From: Macrostomum lignano
Taxonomy: Eukaryota
DNA length: 64,000 nt
Assembly: GCA_002269645.1 (NCBI GenBank)
Contig: NIVC01000517.1
Location: forward strand, 275,043-339,042
Direction of reading: 5' to 3'
Under the pieces are notes generated by a model. That model saw only the letters and a list, made by a program, of their open reading frames with translations. It made no database searches and had not been told where the DNA came from. Positions 51,744-64,000 of the stretch are shown here, one piece after another (within the stretch, counting starts at the first letter, position 1; the number at the start of each line of letters is the position of its first letter). Both the position numbers and the translations under genes were made by a program.

Positions 51744-54700
51744 CCCCCCTGATCCTTCAGTGGGTGCCGCTACCTTCCCTGATCCTTCAGTGGGTTCCAC
51801 TACCCTCTCCCTGATCCTTCAGTGGGTGCCGCTACCCTCTCCCTGATCCTTCAGTTGGTGCCGCTACCCTCTCCCTGATCCTTCAGTGGGTGCCGCTACC
51901 CCCTCCCTGATCCTTCAGTGGGTGCCGCTACCCTCTCCCTGATCCTTCAGTGGGTGCCGCTACCCTCTCCCTGATCCTTCAGTGGGTGCCGCTACCCTCT
52001 CCCTGATCCTTCAGTGGGTGCCGCTACCCCCTCCCTGATCCTTCAGTTGGTGCCGCTACCCTCTCCCTGATCCTTCAGTGGGTGCCGCTACCCCCTCCCT
52101 GATCCTTCAGTGGGTGCCGCTACCCTCTCCCTGATCCTTCAGTGGGTGCCGCTACCCTCTCCCTGATCCTTCAGTGGGTGCCGCTACCCTCTCCCTGATC
52201 CTTCAGTGGGTGCCGCTACTCCCTCCCTGATCCTTCAGTGGGTGCCGCTACCCTCTCCCTGATCCTTCAGTGGGTGCCGCTACCCTCTCCCTGATCCTTC
52301 AGTGGGTGCCGCTACCCCCTCCCTGATCCTTCAGTGGGTGCCGCTACCCCCTCCCTGATCCTTCAGTGGGTGCCGCTACCCTCTCCCTGATCCTTCAGTG
52401 GGTGCCGCTACCCTCTCCCTGATCCTTCAGTGGGTGCCGCTACCCTCTCCCTGATCCTTCAGTGGGTGCCGCTACTCCCTCCCTGATCCTTCAGTGGGTG
52501 CCGCTACTCCCTCCCTGATCCTTCAGTGGGTGCCGCTACCCCCTCCCTGATCCTTCAGTGGGTGCCGCTACCCTCTCCCTGATCCTTCAGTGGGTGCCGC
52601 TACCCCCTCCCTGATCCTTCAGTGGGTGCCGCTTCCCTCTCCCTGATCCTTCAGTAGGTGCCGCTACCCTCTTTCTGATCCTTCAGTGGGTGCCGATACC
52701 TTCCCTAATCCTTCAGTGGGTGCCGCTTCCCTCTCCCTGATCCTTCAGTAGGTGCCGCTACCCTCTTTCTGATCCTTCAGTGGGTGCCGATACCTTCCCT
52801 AATCCTTCAGTGGGTGCCGCTTCCCTCTCCCTGATCCTTCAGTAGGTGCCGCTACCCTCTCCCTGATCCTTCAGTGGGTGCCGCTACCCTCTCCCTGATC
52901 CTTCAGTGGGTGCCGCTACCCTCTCCCTGATCCTTCAGTGGGTGCCGCTACCCTCTCCCTGATCCTTCAGTGGGTGCCGCTACCCTCTCCCTGATCCTTC
53001 AGTAGGTGCCGCTACCCTCTCCCTGATCCTTCAGTGGGTGCCGCTACCCTCTCCCTGATCCTTCAGTGGGTGCCGCTACCCTCTCCCTGATCCTTCAGTG
53101 GGTGCCGCTACCCTCTCCCTGATCCTTCAGTGGGTGCCGCTACCCTCTCCCTGATCCTTCAGTGGGTGCCGCTACTCCCTCCCTGATCCTTCAGTGGGTG
53201 CCGCTACTCCCTCCCTGATCCTTCAGTGGGTGCCGCTACCCCCTCCCTGATCCTTCAGTGGGTGCCGCTACCCTCTCCCTGATCCTTCAGTGGGTGCCGC
53301 TACCCCCTCCCTGATCCTTCAGTGGGTGCCGCTTCCCTCTCCCTGATCCTTCAGTAGGTGCCGCTACCCTCTTTCTGATCCTTCAGTGGGTGCCGATACC
53401 TTCCCTAATCCTTCAGTGGGTGCCGCTTCCCTCTCCCTGATCCTTCAGTAGGTGCCGCTACCCTCTTTCTGATCCTTCAGTGGGTGCCGATACCTTCCCT
53501 AATCCTTCAGTGGGTGCCGCTTCCCTCTCCCTGATCCTTCAGTAGGTGCCGCTACCCTCTCCCTGATCCTTCAGTGGGTGCCGCTACCCTCTCCCTGATC
53601 CTTCAGTGGGTGCCGCTACCCTCTCCCTGATCCTTCAGTGGGTGCCGCTACCCTCTCCCTGATCCTTCAGTGGGTGCCGCTACCCTCTCCCTGATCCTTC
53701 AGTGGGTGCCGCTACCCTCTCCCTGATCCTTCAGTGGGTGCCGCTACCCTCTCCCTGATCCTTCAGTGGGTGCCGCTACCCCCTCCCTGATCCTTCAGTG
53801 GGTGCCGCTACCCTCTCCCTGATCCTTCAGTGGGTGCCGCTACCCCCTCCCTGATCCTTCAGTGGGTGCCGCTACCCCCTCCCTGATCCTTCAGTGGGTG
53901 CCGCTACCCTCTCCCTGATCCTTCAGTGGGTGCCGCTACCCTCTCCCTGATCCTTCAGTGGGTGCCGCTACCCTCTCCCTGATCCTTCAGTGGGTGCCGC
54001 TAACCCTCTCCCTGATCCTTCAGTGGGTGCCGCTACCCTCTCCCTGATCCTTCAGTGGGTGCCGCTACCCCCTCCCTGATCCTTCAGTGGGTGCCGCTTC
54101 CCTCTCCCTGATCCTTCAGTAGGTGCCGCTACCCTCTTTCTGATCCTTCAGTGGGTGCCGATACCTTCCCTAATCCTTCAGTGGGTGCCGCTTCCCTCTC
54201 CCTGATCCTTCAGTAGGTGCCGCTACCCTCTTTCTGATCCTTCAGTGGGTGCCGATACCTTCCCTAATCCTTCAGTGGGTGCCGCTTCCCTCTCCCTGAT
54301 CCTTCAGTAGGTGCCGCTACCCTCTCCCTGATCCTTCAGTGGGTGCCGCTACCCTCTCCCTGATCCTTCAGTGGGTGCCGCTACCCTCTCCCTGATCCTT
54401 CAGTGGGTGCCGCTACCCTCTCCCTGATCCTTCAGTGGGTGCCGCTACCCTCTCCCTGATCCTTCAGTGGGTGCCGCTACCCTCTCCCTGATCCTTCAGT
54501 GGGTGCCGCTACCCTCTCCCTGATCCTTCAGTGGGTGCCGCTACCCCCTCCCTGATCCTTCAGTGGGTGCCGCTACCCTCTCCCTGATCCTTCAGTGGGT
54601 GCCGCTACCCCTCCCTGATCCTTCAGTGGGTGCCGCTACCCCCTCCCTGATCCTTCAGTGGGTGCCGCTACCCTCTCCCTGATCCTTCAGTGGGTGCCGC

Positions 54701-54862
54701 TACCCTCTCCCTGATCCTTCAGTGGGTGCCGCTACCCTCTCCCTGATCCTTCAGTGGGTGCCGCTACCCTCTCCCTGATCCTTCAGTGGGTGCCGCTTCC
54801 CTCTCCCTGATCCTTCAGTGGGTGCCGCTACCCCCTCCCTGATCCTTCAGTGGGTGCCGCTA
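51744..54862. repeat. 32-bp minisatellite (GATCCTTCAGTGGGTGCCGCTACCCTCTCCCT)n, about 97 units, with recurring variant cassettes
   Basis: Period 32 (51909 to 51941); the TAGG/CTTTCT/GATACC variant block recurs at about 52620, 53330 and 54100. Confidence 0.98.
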
Positions 54863-55184
54863 ATAGGTAATTAAATAGTCAAAGTGGGCTGTGCATGATT
54901 ATTAATTATTCTGTAATGCGCATTACTAAAACATGTTGCGCAAAACAAAACGAAATATTTATTTTATTTTTCGAAAAAACTGATTAAAAGCTCATTTTGA
55001 CTGAGCAGATTCAAATATTGAAGTAAAGATAAAACCATCACTGATAATGCAGTGGCAGCAAGCCAGAGTCGATATGCGGACATCTGAATCACAAAAGAAA
55101 GAAATATTCCATACATGAAAACATCAATTTCTTTGATTCAGACCTTAGCAATCGCGTTGTATCGGTTATTATGACCCTAGCAAC

Positions 55185-55490
55185 CAGCTCTGATTTATCC
55201 CCTAGCAACCCGCTGACACAGCTCTGATTTATCCCCTAGCAACCCACTGACACAGCTCTGATTTATCCCCTAGCAACCCGCTGACACAGCTCTGATTAAT
55301 CTCCTAGCAACCCGCTGACACAGCTCTGATTTATCCCCTAGCAACCCACTGACACAGCTCTGATTTATCCCCTAGCAACCCGCTGACACAGCTCTGATTT
55401 ATCCCCTAGCAACCCGCTGACACAGCTCTGATTAATCGCCTAGCAACCCGCTGACACAGCTCTGATTTATCCCTAGCAACCTACCTAGAA
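55185..55490. repeat. 34-bp minisatellite downstream of serpin A; paralogous 33-bp array at 59790-59968
   Basis: CCCTAGCAACCCGCTGACACAGCTCTGATTTATC units versus CCCTAGCAACCAGCTGAGCTGCTCTCATTTATG units. Confidence 0.92.
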
Positions 55491-55618
55491 CTCAACTCAT
55501 GATTAAGCCCCTAGCAACCATTCAATTTTGAGCTCCCTATAGCAACCGCTTAATTTACAGGCCCCTAACAACAGCCTTGAATGCCTCCCTGCACCCAAAA
55601 AGCCAGCCGTCAGCCAGC

Positions 55619-56904
55619 CTAAGCCCTGGGGTCGGTCACCCGGCCAAGGAAAATCGGCACATGACGCGACTGGCCGTTCTCGTCGACAACTTCGCGAACG
55701 ACTCCAAAAATGAACGGCTGGTCGAACTTGATCGATATCGGCTGATCGGTCCGCACAGAGGCAAACACCGACACTACGGCGGCGGATGCGGCGGCGCCTT
55801 CCGCTCCGAACTCGTCCCACTCGATAGCGGCTTGGTGAGCAAAGCTGCTGACAAACAGGTCACCAGGTGAGGAGGAGATGCCGCTGAGGTCAGCGCGGTC
55901 GGAGAACAGGCGGTCGATGCCCAGCTTGGGCAGGTAGGCGTCATTGGAGAGCTCAGCGAAGTTGCTCAGCTTCACCTGGGTGCGAAATGTTCAATTGGCG
56001 GGTTATGGGCGACTCTGACAACTATGTGAGTAGGCTGATGTCACATGCCATAGCACAGCCACATCAAGCATGCACATCAAGCATGCACATCAAGCATGTA
56101 CATCAAGCATGTACATCAAGCATGCACATCAAGCATGTACATCAAGCATGCACATCAAGCATGTACATCAAGCATGTACATCAAGATTGTACATCAAGCA
56201 TGTACATCAAGCATGTACATCAAGCATGTACATCAAGCATGTACATCACGCATGTACATCAAGCATGTACATCAAGCATGCACATCAAGCATGTACACCA
56301 AGCATGTACATCAAGCATGTACATCAAGCATGCACATCAAGCATGTTCATCAAGCATGTACATCAAGCAGGTACATCAAGCATGTACATCAAGCATGTAC
56401 ATCAAGCATGTACATCAGATGGGAGGTAGAATTCAAATCCAGGAGGTCCAGCTAACCTACAGACTGTACTGACGCCAATATGCCAGTCTGTAAGCATGTA
56501 CATCAAGCATGTACATCAAGCATGTACATCAAGCATTTACATCAAGCAAGTGCAGCGCTGCTCACCTTCGGCAGCTCCAGCTCGGCCTCCACCAGCTCGC
56601 CGGGGTCGCCGACCAGCCGCGCCCAGTCCTGCACCGTCAGCTTCGCCAGAATCTCGTCCAGTTGATGCCGCTGAGCTGGCAGCAGCGCAATCAGCGACAG
56701 CCGCTGGTCCTTGGTGTCGTTGAAGCCGAGGCGTACGCCAGTCAGCACATCCGGGATGGACAGAAGTCGCACCTGGCCAGTTCTGCGCATCGTCGGAACG
56801 GAGACGGCGGCTGAGGCGCTGAGTTCGAATCGAGCGTCAATTGTGGCTTCGGGATCGAATGGCTGAGTCCACTTGGCTGCGGGTGTTGGAGGTGTCTGTC
56901 TGAG

Positions 56905-56941
<37 letters not shown>

Positions 56942-56964
56942 GCCTGCCTGTCTGTCTGTGTGCC

Positions 56965-56995
<31 letters not shown>

Positions 56996-57137
56996 GTGTT
57001 TGTCTGTGTGTCTGTCTGAGTGTCTGTCTGAGTGTCAGTCAGTCAGTCAGTCAGTCAGTCAGTCAGTCAGTCAGTCAGTCAGTCAGTCAGCCAGTCAGTC
57101 AGTCAGTCAGTCAGTCAGTCAGTCAGTCAGTCTGTCC

Positions 57138-57176
<39 letters not shown>

Positions 57177-59244
57177 GGTACCTTTAAAGTACAAAGCGTT
57201 GACCAGCACCAGTCGAGTCAGCGGATCAACAGAGCCAGACTTCAATAGCTCAGGGATCTTGTCTTTAGTAACCGTTGCTACCCAATTATTAATGCGGACG
57301 CGTTCAGCCTCGGAGTCTTTGGCAAATTCGGCCTAAAAATGCAGAATAAACATTTAATTAGAAACGGTTTATCTGCCGTTCAAAAATATTGGAATCGAGT
57401 AACACACAGACCATATTGGTGTTTGTCTTCCGGTCTGAACCCCTGCTGTACACCCCTGTCTAAACCCTTGGTGTACACCCTAGTCTAAACCCCTGCCGTA
57501 CACCTCTGTCTGAACCCCTGCTGTACTACCCTGTCTGAACCCTTGCTGTACACCCCTGTCTGAACCCTTGCTGTACACCCTTGTCTGAACCCTTGCTGTA
57601 CAACACTGTCTGAACCCTGCTGTACACCCCTGTCTGAACCCCTGCTGTAAACCCCTGTCTGAACCCCTGCTGTACTACCCTGTCTGAACCCTCTGCTGTA
57701 CACCTTTGTCTGCACCCTCTGCTGTACACCCCTGTCTAAAGTACGCGATTCCCTGCAGTCATAATTTAAACAGCTGCGAACTCACGCTGAGAATCTCCGA
57801 CCTGAAGCTGGACCGCAGCGCCGTCAGAAAGTCCGGCCGCACCTCCATCCCCGCCTGAATGAAGGCCCGGTTGGCCGACTGCAGGCTGCTGCTCAGCTTC
57901 GATGATGAGGCGGCATTGCCGGCTGGAATGGCCGAGCTCAGCATCCGGCCCAGACTCGATTCCAGCTGGGCCAGCGACTCCGCACTCAGCGACTTCTGTC
58001 CGGACTCGGACAGGCGCATCCCGGACACCAGCTGGTCCAGCGTCTGCTTCCGGGCGCCGGGCAGAATCATGCTGAGCGTGGCGAATATCGAGATGGGCGA
58101 CAGCAGGAAGTTCCGGCCTGGATTGGGATTTGTGTGATTTAGAATGGGGATTAGTGTGATTGGGATAGGGATTTGTGTGATTGAAATTGGGTGTTGTGTG
58201 ATTGGGATGGGGATTTGTGTGATTGGGATGAGGATTTGTGTGATTGGGATGGGGATTCGTGTGATTGGGATGGGAATTTGTGTGATTGGGATGGGGAGTG
58301 GTGTGATTGGGATGGGGATTTGTGTGATTGAAATGGGGATTTGTGTGATTGGGATGGGGATTTGTGTGATTGGGATGGGGATTCGTGTGATTGAAATGGG
58401 GATTTGTGTGATTGGGATGGGGATTTGTGTGATTGGTATGGGGGTTTGTGTGATTGAGCTGGGGATTTGTGTGATTGGTATGGGGGTTTGTGTGATTGAG
58501 ATGGGGATTTGTGTGATTGGGATGGGGATTTGTGTGATTGGGATGGCGATTTGCGTGATTGGTATGGGGGTTTGTGTGTTGAGATGGGGATTTGTGTGAT
58601 TGGTATGGGGGTTTGTGTGATTGAGATGGGGATTTGTGTGATTGGAATGGGAATTTGCTTGATTGGTTTGGGGATTGTGTGATTGGGATGCGGATTTGTG
58701 TGCTTGGGATGGCAATTTGTGTGACTGGGATGGGGATTCATGTGATTGAGATGGGGATTTTTGTAAATTGGGATTCGGATTTGTGTAATTGAGATGGGGT
58801 GTTGTGCGACTGGGATGAGGATTTGTGTGATTAGGATAAGAATTTGTGGGATTGATTTGGGGATTTGTGTGATTGAGATGGGGATTTGTGTAATTGGGAT
58901 GGGGATTTGTGTGATTAGGATGGGGATTTGTGTGATAGAATGGGGATTTGTGTGATTAGGATGGGGATTTGTGTGATTAGGATGGGATTTGTGTGATTGG
59001 GATGGGGATTTGTGTGACTGGTATGGGGGTTTGTGTGATTGAGATGGGTTATTTTTGTGATTGGGATGGGGATTTGTGTGATTGGGATGGGGATTTGTGT
59101 TATTGAAATGGGGATTTGTGTGATTGGTATGGCGATTTATTCCATATCATAAGACCATATTATCAGGCATTCACCCGTGTTAGCTTCGGAAATCGCCCTG
59201 TAGAGATCCAATGCGAAGGCATTATGCGCGTTAAGTGGATCCAT
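55619..59244 (-). CDS. Serpin A (intracellular, predicted inhibitory), 5 exons, about 406 aa
   Basis: Exons 59244-59175, 58117-57786, 57332-57182, 56876-56566, 55975-55619 (1221 nt, phases consistent). [27 protein letters not shown], hinge [26 protein letters not shown]. No signal peptide. Confidence 0.93.
56065..56548. repeat. 13-bp minisatellite (TACATCAAGCATG)n, serpin A intron 4; near-identical copy at 60519-61002
   Basis: Tandem units; same variant order in both serpins. Confidence 0.95.
56893..57176. repeat. (TCTG)n/(TCAG)n microsatellite, serpin A intron 3; about 870-bp counterpart at 61347-62218
   Basis: Tetranucleotide runs. Confidence 0.95.
57430..57740. repeat. About 24-bp minisatellite (CTGTACACCCCTGTCTGAACCCCTG)n, serpin A intron 2 only
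   Basis: Absent from the 171-nt intron 2 of serpin B. Confidence 0.9.
58120..59140. repeat. 21-bp minisatellite (GGGATTTGTGTGATTGGGATG)n, serpin A intron 1; counterpart at 62865-63690
   Basis: Tandem units starting right at the acceptor in both genes. Confidence 0.95.
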
Positions 59245-60078
59245 TGTAGCAGAAAATTAAATCAAAGGGCTGAAAATTAAAGAAAAATGTTTATTACACA
59301 GGAGTTGATCTTTTATTAGGTGCCGCTACCCTTGCCTGATTCTTCAGTGGGTCACTGCAACCCCTCTCTGACCGGCTGATACTGCCTAACTTCTTGAAAA
59401 AACTTAAAGGTAATTAGAAAACCGAAGAGCGTGAAGTGATCATTTATGATTATTCAAAGTAATGTTTATCAGTTAAACATGTTTTAAACCTATAAAAAGA
59501 TAACTAAAAACCAATAAGAGTATATAATGAAAGCACATAAAACGCATAAGAACTTCCTTGAAAGCGCATAAAACTTGATTTGCAAAAAAACCTGATAAAA
59601 AGTGCATTTTGATTGCAGAGAAGCCTATAAAAAAGACATATAGTGAAGTGACGATATATAACTATTATTAATAGCTCAGTGGCATCAAGCTGGAGTCGGT
59701 ATGCACTACAAAGAACCATAGCAACATCAATTTCTTTGAATTAGACCTTAGCAACCGTACTGTGTAGCATTAGTTATAACCGGCATGAACCTAGCAACCA
59801 GCTGAGCTGCTCTCATTTATGCCCTAGCAACCAGCTGAGCTGCTCTCATTTATGCCCCAGCAACCAGCTGAGCTGCTCTCATTTATGCCCCAGCAACCAG
59901 CTGAGCTGCTTTCATTTATGCCCTAGCAACCAGCTGAGCTGCTCTCATTTATGCCCTAGCAACCAACCTAGATTTTATTAGCGACAGTATTAAGCTCCAT
60001 AGCAACCGCTTTGTTGACAGGCCCCTAACAACAGTCTTGAATGCCTCTCTGAACCCCAAAAGCCAGCCGTCAGCCAGC

Positions 60079-63847
<3,769 letters not shown>

Positions 63848-64000
63848 GCTTCAGTAAATATACTTGTAGTACTTGATACTCTTGTCTAGACTGGAAATTA
63901 ATTTTGTTTAAATGGTTGGATGGAAATTGTTTTTCCACAGAATTATATTCATAAGGTTATAACAATTACATTACAAATATAAAAATGAAGAGAACTTGCC

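Noticed and set aside
56070-56472. His/Cys-rich [13 protein letters not shown] repeat proteins; also ITQIPIP/GICVIGM ORFs
   Set aside because: Products of 13-bp and 21-bp intronic arrays inside the serpin genes.

Overview
Eukaryotic (metazoan) genomic DNA. The GC-rich poly-Ala/Gln/Ser exons, AT-rich spacers and minisatellite- or (GACA)n-filled introns resemble a free-living flatworm such as Macrostomum; this taxon is an inference. I assembled gene models by hand, checking GT-AG sites and reading phase: intronless cytochrome c (+), a 5-exon RING/coiled-coil/NHL (TRIM-NHL-like) gene (-), a 10-exon, strongly divergent Smoothened (-, about 1224 aa) with a probable antisense intronless ORF nested in its last intron, a small, very acidic secreted protein (+), and two tandem intracellular serpins (-) with mosaic identity and different reactive loops. 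Mobile DNA includes a decayed hAT transposase, a hAT MITE family with 8-bp TSDs (three 170-172 bp hairpin copies and one 276-bp relative), two tRNA-derived SINE copies, and a 5.1-kb CCC...GGG element with TA TSD that carries a spliced BEN-domain gene but no recognisable transposase core. About 20 distinct tandem arrays account for most of the long ORFs in the supplied track, which are spurious.
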